Program-made: the position numbers and the translations under genes
Origin: Macrostomum lignano
Taxonomy: Eukaryota
NCBI GenBank assembly: GCA_002269645.1
Contig: NIVC01000201.1
Location: 620,001-684,000, forward strand
Direction of reading: 5' to 3'
DNA length: 64,000 bases
Shown: in pieces, positions 16,199 to 50,824 of the stretch
Position numbering within the stretch: position 1 is the first letter of the stretch
How the letters are laid out: every line of letters begins with the position of its first letter
The notes under the pieces: generated by a model
Databases searched by the model: none
What the model was told of the DNA's origin: nothing
Seen by the model: the letters and a program-made list of their open reading frames with translations, nothing else

Positions 16199-18449
16199 TT
16201 AACTTATATTTTCTGCTGGAATTCCAACTGCTTAGACACCCAAAAGTAGAAATAATAAATCCACATCTTGGACTTAGAATTTCACAGCTTGCAAACATTA
16301 TTTTTAAGAACTAAAAATTAATATCCTTTCTTGCAGTGGGGTAACCAAGCAGTAGCATTCCTTCTCCTGACACTAAAACTGTGTCGACTAAAAACAAATA
16401 TACTATGAATACAAAAACGTATTTGATTTTTTCATGACTTTATTTTCATTGCATAATTTGAACAGCTCATGGATTGTTGAGAAGTGGCACCGTTTTTTTA
16501 AATATAGAAAGAGTGAGTTTCACAGAGCTCTAACCCCTTCTCTTCTAATGGAGGAGTTGGCTTCGTTGCTATACTATAAAGGCTCATAGGGGAATTGCTC
16601 AAATGCTGTGGCTCAAGGCTCATGCATGGGGAAATTGCTGAGACGTCTAAGCTTACTATGTAAATTGCTGATTTGGCGCGGCTCTTTCGTGGTATTGCTG
16701 AAATTTTGAGGCTCATAGGGGGAATCGCCGAGATATAAAGGTTTATTTGGGAAATTTTAAGACGTCAAGGCTCACCGGGGGATTAATTAGATGTTAAGGA
16801 TAATTGGGGTAGTTGCTGAGATGTCAAGACTCCTTGGGAATCGCTAAAATGTTGTGGCTCATAACGGTTTCTAAGATGCCAAGGGTTAATTCAGAGTTTT
16901 TTGTAGGGAAGTAACATGTATCTAAGCAGAGGGAGGGTTACAGAAAGCCATGGGTTTAAGGGAGGCTTTGATGTAAAAGCTCAACGCTGATGTTAATTGC
17001 TAGCTTTCAAGCCTTTCTGCTTTAAGCCTCATTGTCCTTAATAATATACTCTAAGATAGTAGGACTCCAAAGCGTTACTACAAAAATCAATTACTACAAT
17101 ATTTATTGTATTCAATAGTTTCTCGAATACTGAAAATCCTGCATGGTTCATTATGATTACGCGATGTGAATTAATCTCCGTTACAAATATTTTGTTTTAA
17201 TGCACCGCGAAAACTATTATAAAACATCGCGCACCTAAATTTAATTTTTCGTGTGTGTGCCGTTGTTTGCCCTTGTGTTGTTTGATTTGTTCTGCCCGGT
17301 CTCGTGTCAGTTGGGTCAGACAATTCTTAGACTAGAATAGGTAGACATCGAATAATACTAACTTGTCTGAATACGATTATAAGTAATTAGAATTATGGAG
17401 AATGAGTAGATTTGTAAATTTTGATGAAAATAAAGGAAGAAAAGAGCTGGGCGGTGGTTCTTATTTTATTTGGTTTGTATAACAAGAAAGGCGGAGGAAG
17501 AAGGTAAAGATTATTTGCGGTGGGCACCGTATATTTATAGTCATCAGGAGCAGCGCCGGAAACTTCTAGAACATTCTGTGCATTATAACAAACAAATATT
17601 AATTATTCATTCCTATTGGATCTGCATTAATTGTAGTGCTAACTTACTGTAACTAAATTATACAAAAAATATTTATAAATGCGAGTATTAAAATTAGTTA
17701 ACGTAAGAGAACTTTCTAGAGTTTAATTTGAACTCTATCAGGGAAATTTCTAGAAATAAATAATTATCATACTGTATCGAACTTTCGCGAAGGTCACTAC
17801 AGATTCTCCTAAATCATTATACTCTAACAGACTGCGTTGGTAAGGACGTTGGAGGACGAGTACTATTTCGTGTTTCTCTGACTATGTTTTTGGGGAATAA
17901 CTAAGTGTAACTTGGAACTCTTTTTGCCTAATAACTAGTTAATTAATTGTCTAATCAGCGAATATTAATAAGTAATAATTAAGTTAATTAATGTCAGACT
18001 CTGATTTCATTGAAGAGTTCGGGGATATTTAGCCTAATTTGTATTTGTGTTAGACGCTGAGTCACCACTGGTTTAAGGTCCGGAGACGTTTAGCCCGGTT
18101 TCCCGGATAAACATTCAGTGAGTCATCACGCGACATTTAGCCGATTTCGGATCAGAGTTCGAGTGGGGGACAATTAGCTCTTTTCTGGAGTCTGTCAGAG
18201 TTGCAATTTCCCAGAAATTCCGGTGAGCGCCAAGGGATGCTACTCATTAGTACCAAGTTCAGGTTCTCTAACATTTGTATAGCAGCGGTGGAAGTTAATA
18301 CAGAATTTTAACCCATAACAATTGGTATCAGCGTTGAGATTATCATAAAGTCTTATTAATTATAGGCCTACTACAACTGTTGAGCAGCGGTGAGATTCTG
18401 GTTCCCCCCCGACTTTGAGACCTATTATAATAGTGGCTGACGGCAGTAC

Positions 18450-20760
18450 AAGGTCAAACTTACTGTAGTTCATTCAAAAAACGTATTTTGACTGATGGCT
18501 GGCAAGCATACTATGCGCTTCCCAACCATGTATTTGTCAATCACCACATGCAGGGATTCCCTGAGCGATATTCAAAAACAAAATGCTCCTCCATGGTTAT
18601 GGAGCTCGGGAGCAAGATCGATAAGGTGGATACGAAGGTGGCTCGGCTGGAAACCATGATGGCTGGGATCACCCAGCAGCTACGTGCTCAGACCACGGCC
18701 TTAGACAGCATCCGGAGCTTCGTTGCTGGAGCTGCTGCCGCGAGCCAGGCCTCGTCTGGGGTGGTGATTCCCAGGACTCCAGCGTCAACGATCACGGTGT
18801 GTTCAACTGGAGGCGCTTGGCCCAACATGACTGTCACCGGACCACCTCCCGCTGCTGCTGCTCAGTCCGGCCGGATCGTAGGAGTGAAGATCTAACTGTT
18901 CCTCCTACCTCACGACAAGTTGCATCCCTGCAAATAACAAAAATCTTTGCTTTTAAAGCACCAAACACCATGATTTTGTACAGAAAAAACATCACACACG
19001 AGATAAACCGACTTGAAAAAAATTACGGCTACAGATTGAAAGGATTTTTTACAACTTGCAAAAAACTGGTGCTTCCCTATCTCCACAGTGTATTAGATTG
19101 ATATTCGATTTCGAGTACTTCTGCTTGCTCTCTGTCGCTGAAAATTGACATGCAGGACTTCACCCAGACACTAATCGATTACTCAAACTGAACTAAAGCT
19201 TAATGGTCGAGAACTATTCGAGAAAAACTGATGTTCCTATCCCCACAGTGCATTACATGTAGATGTAGATATTCGATTTCGTTGTTCGAGTAATCAGCAA
19301 AAACGCCGTCGATAGCAACCAAGTTTCTTGTGCCATTTGTCAAGCAGAAGAGCCACCAAAAGCAGACGGTGCAGCAGCAATTGATTGGGTGAGTTGTAAA
19401 ATTCTTGTACGTATAAATACCTGCTGCAGCCTCTGTGCCAAATATCCATACACACGTAACGCACTTTACTTTTAATTCTTGTGCATGCACTACTGGTAGA
19501 TCGAGTGCTCATCCTGTCTGGACTGATCCACTGCATCTGTGCATCGACAACGCAAGAAGAGGCAAACTTCTGCTGCTCGAACTGCATCAATTTACTCAAC
19601 TGATTGATTAGCATACAATTCAAAGGCTTAACTCTGTGCAGCATTAAGTATGCATGACGCGTACGCTATTCAAGGACTTCTAGACTATAAGGACGCACCA
19701 CTCCAAATTTGTGCAAAAAGTTTAGAAGGCCAAGTTTTTGTATTTTTTTTCGACCCTGACTTTTCAGAAGTAGATGCAGGTCTTGCATTTTTGGTCTATA
19801 GAGAAGCATGTAACGATACATGAGAATGTATAAAAAGTTTTAGCTGCACTTTCCACCAGTTTACTGAGTTTTCTAGAGAATTTTACAGTCAGTATATCAG
19901 CAGGTCCAACTGTCATGCTGAATCTGAGTAGTCAACTTCTTCGTTCTCTTTTACTAGACAACCAAGACATTCCTTTCGGATGATGTCTTACTTCGACAAG
20001 CAGGATAAAATTATGAAGATAGCAATTCTTGAGACAAATGCATTTGGTCTATAATGTGACCCATACGCTCGTAGAATGCATTTAACAGCAGAAAGAAACA
20101 AAAACTGCTTGTTTTGCTTCATTTTTGCTAGACGAAAATGCGCGTGCTATGCTGTAACATACATTTTAAACTTTTTCCACAAACGGCGAGTGTTCCAACA
20201 TCAGTTTTTCTCGAATAGTTCTCGAGCATGAAGCTTTGAGTTCAGTTTGAGTTATGATAATCGATTAGTGTCTGGGTGAAGTTCTGCATGTCAATTTTCA
20301 GCGACAGAGAGCAAGCAGAAGTACTCGAAATCGAATATCAATTTAATACACTGTGGAGATAGGGAAGCACCAGTTTTTTGCAAATTGTAAAAAATCCTTT
20401 CAATCTGTAGCCGTAATTTTTTTCAAGTCGGTTTATCTCATGGGTGATGTTTTTTCTGTAAAAAATCATGGTGTTTGGTGCTTTAAAAGCAGAGATTTTT
20501 GTTATTTCCGAATATCGATCTTGAATCGCTCGGTGAATCCCTGCAAAATCAACACCTGCATTTTGTTGATCCGAACGATCCAACTGAGCATACAAACAGC
20601 ATCGAAGGCGCTGGGCACAAGTGAAGGTGAAGTTCCACAGCCAGCATGACACTTGTGACGACCTTTTTGACTCCCATCTTAGCAAGTTCCTCTGGTGCCA
20701 ACCTATCCAAAGAAGTGCTTTAGCAACTTTCTGTACTGCGTGACCCATTACTACGCTGTG
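18450..20760 (+). mobile_element. Merlin/IS1595-type transposase remnant split by a 2-kb insertion
   Basis: TDGWQAYYALPNHVFVNH (18490-18545) continues after the insertion as HFVDPNDPTEHTNSIEG...FDSHLSKFLW (20550-20700). Confidence 0.7.
18549..20545. mobile_element. Non-autonomous long-TIR DNA element
   Basis: Outer imperfect TIR TGCAGGGATTC.../...GAATCCCTGCA; about 305-bp inverted repeats at 18932-19235 and 20197-20507; imperfect target duplication AATCACCACATGCA/AATCAACACCTGCA. Confidence 0.7.
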
Positions 20761-21896
20761 TTGTGTAATGCTATTTTTAAGACCTTAGGCCTAAGACCTT
20801 AAGTATGCATTGGTAAATTTGTTTTAGTTTGTTTGTACAAAATCTAGTGTCAAAATAATTTAAAGTGGGAAACTAGGACATTACCCAAGAATGATTCCTT
20901 TCCGATTGTGATTGCTAGTTTGCATACCATTATCTATGAAAAATGGAATGCCTTTGCGAAGAAAGCTTCCACATAAATAAGACATGGTAGAATCAGTCAG
21001 AAATCAAACTCACCTCCACCTTAGGTCCATATTACATACCTATCTGGGCTATCGCATGTCAAATCTGCAGGCTGGCTTCATAGTTCTTAACTTGAGTCAA
21101 CTTATTTATCGAGATAACACGCAGCTCTTCGCTCAGCGCCCAGGCTTTGTAATTAACCGCCCTTAAATTACCATATAAAAAACTTCACAAATCGATAATT
21201 TTCAAACGAAAGCTGAGAAACGTACATTGGCTGGCCAATCGTGCTAGCAAGGCCGCGGGGGTGCTTGCCCCGCCTCTGTGTTTGGGGTTCCACCAGTGGG
21301 GAGGGGGTGCGCCGCGGCTTGGGGTGGGTGTCTGTGGGGGTCTTTTAGCCCCGTGTCCGCCTCGCCCTGTCTCGATTCCCTGGCTTGCGTTGCGTTTTTT
21401 GCCTTTGCGTTTTTTGCGACTTTTAGCTGGCTCACTAATTCAACTTTCTCTTGGCACAACGAGTTTGCGTAGGATGACGAGTCTAGAGAGATAGAACCGA
21501 GTGACTAAGCGAATACGAGTTTGAGATGTCAAGGCACTACTGAGTAATTTAATTTAGTTGAGTATAACGGAAAATTGTGGTGAGAAATCTGCAAAACACG
21601 TGCGTGATAAAATTTTGCATTGAGAATTCAGTAGTCAGAAAAGTGTGGGTATAATTTTCCCAATAAAAAATTTGAATGGGAAGCGGCTTAAATATTCGAA
21701 AACGATGTTTCTTAATGCATTCAATGGGCACTCAAAAGCCATTTCGATTAGCGAACCATTCGGACTTGAATTGTAAATGATTGCGTCGTAGGTCACATTG
21801 GCTTGAAATAAAAATACTCCTCAAAAAACTGCACATTTTAGATGTACACTGATTGCACAATGCTAAAAAGGGTAATTCAATTTGTATACTCAGCAA

Positions 21897-22812
21897 CAGT
21901 CAAAAGTTCCACCCTCCAAATTGCGAAAACTTCACACACAATTCAACCCTCAAGTTACGCAACTAAGCCGCCGCGAGGAAGGGAAAGTTGATTGACTATC
22001 AATACTCGTAGTAAAATCATAAATTTTTTATGCAATATTCAGTTAGAATCGCGATGCGTGTAGGATCCCCTCGCACGCAGAAGTACGACGACTCTGCGGG
22101 GCATCCCAAGGATGAGGCAGCGCAGAAAGTCCTGAGGGAGCTGCTCCGAAGCGTTTTCAATGGCATGACGCAGAGCTCTCCGCAACATTCTATAGAGTGT
22201 TGCAATTTCAATGCTCGGCGACCAGAGTATCACCTACATAGGTGAAACTACCCGACACCTGTACGTGAGAAGTAGAGAACATAGGCAAAAGATGTCGGCC
22301 GTGCACGACCACCTGATGATATGCAAAGAATGCTGTGACAGCCAAATCGATAAAAACTTCTCAACTATCCATACGTGCTCAAATGAGTACAGACTAAAAG
22401 TGCTTGAAGCCCTGTATATAAAATCGCGTAAACCAATCCTTAATAAGCAACTTGCCAATCACGGTGCCAGTGCCCTCCTTAGAGTATTCTAGGCGTACAT
22501 TCTATAGAGGATTCTCTTTTCGAATGCTACGTTTTAGGAAGTCCCAGACATGTTCGATGGGATTCATGTCTGGGGACCGGGAAGGCCAGCGCAGAGTGCG
22601 CAGCTGTAGCTGTTCCTTCAGTTGACTAACAGCATCGGCTTGGTGTGGCGGGGCGTTGTTCCTGGGCTTGGGTCTGCTTAATGTCCAGGCCTGGACCATT
22701 AAGCAGAGCCAAGTCACCCCCAAGCGGCAATAAGCTTTGCACGTGCCGTAGGTTGCGTCACTCGCAATAAGTGAAAAAATCATCTCGCTTAGTGGGGTGG
22801 AACTTTTGACTG
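21897..22812 (-). mobile_element. Internally deleted Tc1/mariner element
   Basis: 18-bp TIR CAGTCAAAAGTTCCACCC (21897-21914, 22795-22812, TA after the right end); transposase NNAPPH...WPSRSPDMNPIEHVWDFLKR...LRHAI...GMPRR...ARGSYT. Confidence 0.85.
22198..22496 (+). mobile_element. Penelope-type GIY-YIG endonuclease fragment nested in the Tc1 transposase
   Basis: TYIGETTRHLYVRSREH...SAVHDH...LKVLEALYIKSRKPILNKQ; 13-bp direct repeat ACATTCTATAGAG at 22185-22197 and 22497-22509. Confidence 0.85.
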
Positions 22813-23344
22813 TATAACATGAATCACAAACATAAGTCATGAACATAAGTCAAATATTCCATTCCAGGTGGGTGAAATATGTTCAGTGTATTTGGAAAGA
22901 CAGGAAAGATGACACGAGTGTTGCATTTTATTTGCATTTTTTAAAATCATTAATCAATCGTTAAAAATCGTTATTCATGCTACATGTACTAAATCAAGCA
23001 ATTCAGAAACTTTATGAAAACAAATTTAACACCAGTTTAAAAGGAATATTGCCTAAAGAGGACATGATTTCATTGAAGATTTCTAAGTTTCAAAGTCAAC
23101 ATGTAACTGTAAGAACAAAGCACTTTTAAGAGTTTTGAAGGCCGATAAACATAGTAAATGTGTCCTAAAAACTAATCTCGTATCGTTGTAACGGAACAGA
23201 TAACCACGGAGAGTCGGGACAGAACAAACTATTTTCCTAAGTATAACCAATGAAACTTTGAGCGACAATAACTTAAAAATATTGACCTTCAAAGCTATTG
23301 TTAGCTTCGTCAATGTATAAAAGGGTGTCAACAATAGTCCCTTA

Positions 23345-44034
<20,690 letters not shown>

Positions 44035-44494
44035 TCCCGAGGATTGCATACAACAGCCAGGAGGCCTTGAGACAGATATTTGGGCTGCAAAAGTTCCAGA
44101 AAACAAGAAACAACTCGGCTTTGCAATTCAAAGTCCCAGTTCTACTAAATACCGAGCCTCCAACTCTCAGCGCCACCGAACTGCCAGCTCTCTATTGGCG
44201 GAGAGCTGCTCAGCCAATCAGAGCCGTTCGCTGAGTTTGGCCAGCTTGATTGAGCCGCTGATGGCACCGCAGCTCCGAGTTGAGCAGACCAGCTTCTTTG
44301 AGGTGGCGCCAAGACCAGCAAAAGGCCTCTATAAAAAATTGTTTAAGGTTTCCCGCAAAAAATAAAAAATTAATTATAATTTTCTATGGAATTTATCGTA
44401 TTCGAATATTTGCCTTTTATTAAGGAATTTCCAGTTGTATTTGAATACGAACTTTCGTTTTTTAGCGCATTTTTCTTTAAGATCGAATGACTAT

Positions 44495-45285
44495 GTGTAG
44501 CTGCACAACTCAGTCACTCTATCTGCACAACTCAGTCACTCTATCTGCACAACTCAGTCACTCTATCTGCACAACTCAGTCACTCTATCTGCACAACTCA
44601 GTCACTCTATCTGCACAACTCAGTCATTCTTTGTGCACAGCTCAGTCACTCTAGCTGCACTACTCAGTCATTCTTTGTGCACAACTCAGTCACTCTAGCT
44701 GCACTACTCAGTCACTCTAGCTGCACTACTCAGCCACTCTATCTGCACAACTCAGTCACTCAAGCTGCACTACTCAGCCACTCTAGTTGTAAAACTCAGT
44801 CACTCTATCTGCACAACTCAGTCACTCTATATGCACAACTCAGTCACTCAAGCTGCACAACTCAGTCACTCTATCTGCACTACTCAGTCACTCCATCTGC
44901 ACAACACAGTCACTCAAGCTGCACAACTCAGTCACTCAAGCTGCACAACTCAGTCACTCAAGCTGCACTACTCAGCCACTCAAGCTGCACAACTCAGCCA
45001 CTCTAGTTATAAAGCTCAGTCACTCTATCTGCACAACTCAGTCACTCAAGCTGCACAACTCAGTCACTCAAGCTGCACTACTCAGTCACTCAAGCTGCAC
45101 TATTCAGCCACTCAAGCTGCACTACTCAGCCACTCAAGCTGCACTACTCAGTCACTCAAGCTGAACTACTCAGCCACTCAAGCTGCACTACTCAGTCACT
45201 CAAGCTGCACTACTCAGTCACTCAAGCTGCACAACTCAGTCACTCAAGCTGCCCTACTCAGCCACTCTAGTTGTAAAACTCAGCC
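44495..45285. repeat. 22-bp minisatellite (GCACAACTCAGTCACTCTATCT variants)
   Basis: Tandem periodicity. Confidence 0.95.
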
Positions 45286-45731
45286 AGCTGAACGCCTCCC
45301 AGGCTGCAGCGCTTCAGCTCCGGTTGAATGGCGCGCGAGTCAATCTTGAGCACGAAGCTGCGGCCCAGCACGAAGTCAACAATGTAGATTCGAACCCCGG
45401 TGAGCAGCTCCCGGGGAACCAGGTTGGAGTTCGGCAGGCATCGCTCGCAGTAGAACAGCTTGCAGTGGTGCGGGTCCACCTCGTACTGGAAGTGCTGAAT
45501 CTTCAAGCAGAACTTCTCCAGCAGGTTGAACACGGTGTCCACCTCCTGGTCGACCCACAGGTCCGCCACCAGCATGCCGCAGTACTCGTAGGCGTCCACC
45601 GTCTCCCAGCAGCACTCGCGCATCAGGAAGAACTTCTCGCTGTTCTTCAGCTTCGACCGCGCCTCGATGTTGTCCTCGACAAAGTAGCGATCAACCACCT
45701 CCTCCACGGTGTCAGCGTCTGCCATCATCAT
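45267..45731 (-). CDS. Orphan single-exon ORF, 154 aa, unknown function
   Basis: GC3-rich codon usage like the other exons; acceptor-like CATTACAG about 28 nt before the ATG; no recognised domain. Confidence 0.65.
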   Translation of the reverse strand: MMMADADTVEEVVDRYFVEDNIEARSKLKNSEKFFLMRECCWETVDAYEYCGMLVADLWVDQEVDTVFNLLEKFCLKIQHFQYEVDPHHCKLFYCERCLPNSNLVPRELLTGVRIYIVDFVLGRSFVLKIDSRAIQPELKRCSLGGVQLAEFYN

Positions 45732-45945
45732 GACGGAAGTGAACTCGAAATCAAACTGTAATGAGAATCGACAGCAACTGAGTTGATGATCAGGTAATTA
45801 TGTAATTATCGCTTGAAGTATGAGTGATGGATGCCTATTGAATGTGTTGCAGTGCTTCAAGCCCGCCAGTGTCTGTGGTAAAAAGGATAAAATTACAGAA
45901 AATTAATGCAAGAATGAAAAGCTAACGCAAGGAGTTCTATAATTA

Positions 45946-46168
45946 GCATCTGGAGTGGAAACTATTTTTTCATTTTTACCTCATGAGGCCTCGCAGTTTT
46001 AATTTTAAACCTCATTTAGTATTTTTGCGAGTAGCATAGACAGTCAGCCAGCGTCATAGACATTCAGTGCTGGCCATTGTGGTGCTGGCTCCATGCGGTG
46101 AAAATTATCTTAACAATTTGCGTGTCCTCATGAGGTAAAAGTGAACAACTCGTTTCCACTCCAGATGC
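45946..46168. mobile_element. MITE (Tc1/mariner-like), 223 bp
   Basis: TIR GCATCTGGAGTGGAAAC perfect for 17 bp, imperfect to about 45 bp; TA on both sides. Confidence 0.85.
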
Positions 46169-46899
46169 TAGTCATACGAGCCGTAGATCCTTGGCTGAGA
46201 TAAACATTCCAGAGTTGGCTTAGAACATTTTATGAAGGAAAGTGTCGTCTATGGGCCAACCTGGGCCTGGGTTGAGTGGAATCTCAAGAGGCAGAAATCA
46301 GATTGAGTACAGGGTGGGGGCTTCCACTTTTGAGATTAGCTGGCATTTTTTGTCTTACTGTAGCACTTCGCGAAAACTCGATGTCTAGAAGGAAAATGAA
46401 CAAGTGCACAAAAAAGATGCAGACTGCGTGATCAACGTCCTGACAAAACATCCGATATTATTGACTAAGAGAAGCACGCTGGTCGTAAAACGGCAGAAGA
46501 CGGAAGCCATTACTCGTAACAGTAGAACTACCAGGAGGGGGGAAAAATTCCCCCCCCTGACAATTTTTTTTGCTGCGCCGGAACGGAGCAACGCAGGCAC
46601 ACGAAATTCAAGAACACGGGCTAACTTTTTGTTGTGCACCTTCGCAAACAAGAATCAAGTCGCCAGCCCTCCGGACCGTCGAGATATTCGACCATTCTGC
46701 CAGAAGGTCGGATTTTTCCCATAAGCGCTAGTGTATTCAGTACACCCATGTGCGCCAATCAGCACTGCGCCTCAGTGCAGTCTTGCCAAGTCTCCAAATT
46801 TCATCAGCACGTCGACCACATGTGTCTGCATCAGTTCTGACTTCGTTGGTCACTAGCCTTCACCCAGGTGGAGCTTCTGGACCCTCAACAGCTGTGGCA

Positions 46900-47512
46900 C
46901 CAGGTGACTATGGACACCCTGATGCGGATTTCTCTATTTTCGCCGATCAAGCCTCGACAGTGGGCAAGAATCAACCGCCAGACATTCTCAGTTAGTCTCT
47001 CAAGCATTCCGTCATCATCCCGAAGCCGTTGGCACCTTCAACAGATTACACCAGGTGACTATGGACAGCCTGATAAGAATTTCTCTAGTTTCGCTGATCA
47101 AGCCTCGACAGTGGGCAAGAATCAACCGTCAGACATTCTCAGCTAGTCTCTCAAGCATTCCGTCATCATCCCGACGCCGTCGGCACCTTCAACATATTAC
47201 ACCAGGTGACTATGGACAGCCTGATAATAATTTCTCTAGTTTCGCTGATCAAGCCTCGACAGTGGGCAAAAATCAACTGCTGGACATCCTCAGCTAGTCA
47301 GTCAAGCATTCAGCCATCACCCCGACGCCGTCGGCACCTTCAACAGGTAACACCGGGTGACTATGAAGATCCTGTTGCAAATATGTCAGGTTTTTCTTAT
47401 CAAGCTTCAATGATGGGCAAACCTCAACTGCCGGACATTCTCAGCTAGTCTCTCGAGCCTTCAGTCATCACCCCGACGCCGTCGGCACCTTCAACAGATG
47501 GTACCAGGTGAG
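46900..47512 (+). repeat. 151-bp diverged tandem repeat, about 4 copies
   Basis: CCAGGTGACTATG... units at about 151-bp spacing; coding-like but each has a stop. Confidence 0.9.
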
Positions 47513-47654
47513 TAAGGACACCTGAGCGTGATTTTTCATCATGCTCTTGACATTTTGAAGCTCTCAAAATTTTTAAGCACGGACATTGCTATAGTTAAGC
47601 TTTAACTCATGTTGCTGTGTATTTATATTATTATTACACATGCTTTGTCTGTCC

Positions 47655-47937
<283 letters not shown>

Positions 47938-48789
47938 AATGAATGGCCAAGTATGTAGTAATATTCATTGCACCTCGACTCGATTCCTGTTGTAAACAAT
48001 TACTTTTAAGCCACTGTTTAGCCTACTGTTTTTCATGATCTCCTATCAAATTTTAAGTTTTTAAAGTTCAAATTTGTGCCACAATGAACCAAAAATTTAT
48101 AACGTCAAATCGGGTTTTTCTACACTCAACTCTCAGTTGCAATGGATTGGCTGAATTCTTTCTGGCGTGAATTTGAACTGATTCGCTGTTTCTTGGGCTT
48201 TAGACGAGAATTTTTAAAGTCGATTTAAAAAACACCGTTCGTTTATCGAATAATCATAATTGCATTTCTATATCCGTTAAAACAAAGTTTGCGCAAATTT
48301 ATTGATTTTACGATTTTCGGCACAGTCCATGGATTTTAAATGTTGCAGCATACAATTTTAAAGCGACTCCTCCAGCTATCCAAATATATTTGTCTGTTGT
48401 GGTGGTGACTACACACTACGGCTCATAATTGGGTCACAGGTTTTTGTAACTGAACTTTGCTGCAATCAATTTTTTGATATAATTTTTTCATGCAGAAATT
48501 GCGTTTTCTAAATTAATATTTTGGAATCAAAGAAATCATGCCTTTTTTGCTACTCTCAGTAGACAAAACAAAATTTAGTAAATATTTTAAATAAAAAAAA
48601 TCAAGAATTCGTTAGATATTTGTTGGTTATATTAATCATTGAGTGAAGTACAGGTGCACTACGAAATAGATTTATGAAGCGATTTGGGCAGGCGATTAAA
48701 ACTGGTCGCTAATAACTACTAACTATTCTGATTGTAACGAGAAAAGCTCAGCAAATGAACTCGTCAAAAGTGGCAGTTTCGATAGGATT

Positions 48790-50257
<1,468 letters not shown>

Positions 50258-50333
50258 GGCTTTCTGTTCGAGCTGATCTCGGTGTGTCAGTCCGTCTCGA
50301 ATATCTGCCCGACTGGCCTGAAAACCTTTCTTA

Positions 50334-50339
50334 TTTATA
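50334..50339 (-). promoter_or_regulatory. Possible TATA box of the lectin gene
   Basis: TATAAA about 77 bp upstream of the ATG; motif only. Confidence 0.3.
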
Positions 50340-50824
50340 GAGCTCAGATATCCGCATACTTGCCCGTGAAATATCCGCGTTTGTTAGACGCCAGAGGGGG
50401 GGGGGCGGAGACGGATTTTACTGCGGATTGAAAATGATTAAAGCTGCTCGGGCCGCCGCCCCTACGCTCGTATAGTCAGTGGTTTCTAGCCGAGCGCAAC
50501 TGTCTGTTATCTGCTTGGAAACAGAAAAGCAGCAATGTGGAAAGACGCAAAAAAAGAAAACCTGGCACTTAGCTGTCATTCGCCGTGAAAAAAAAACAGA
50601 ATTCCTAAGGATATTCGAGACAGCACGAGGTCCTTGATTTTCATTATTTTTTCGATTTTAATTTCTGACTTAATACTCGTATTTTTAACGCTCTTTTTCA
50701 TTAACAATTTTACGTCATCTTCCTTACGTTGTCCTCCAATTGTCTTTGACAAGCTCTTTTATTAGAAGTGGCGATGGAAATTTCCACCTGAGACATCGAA
50801 AACTCCCTGTTTGAGGCGCCAATT

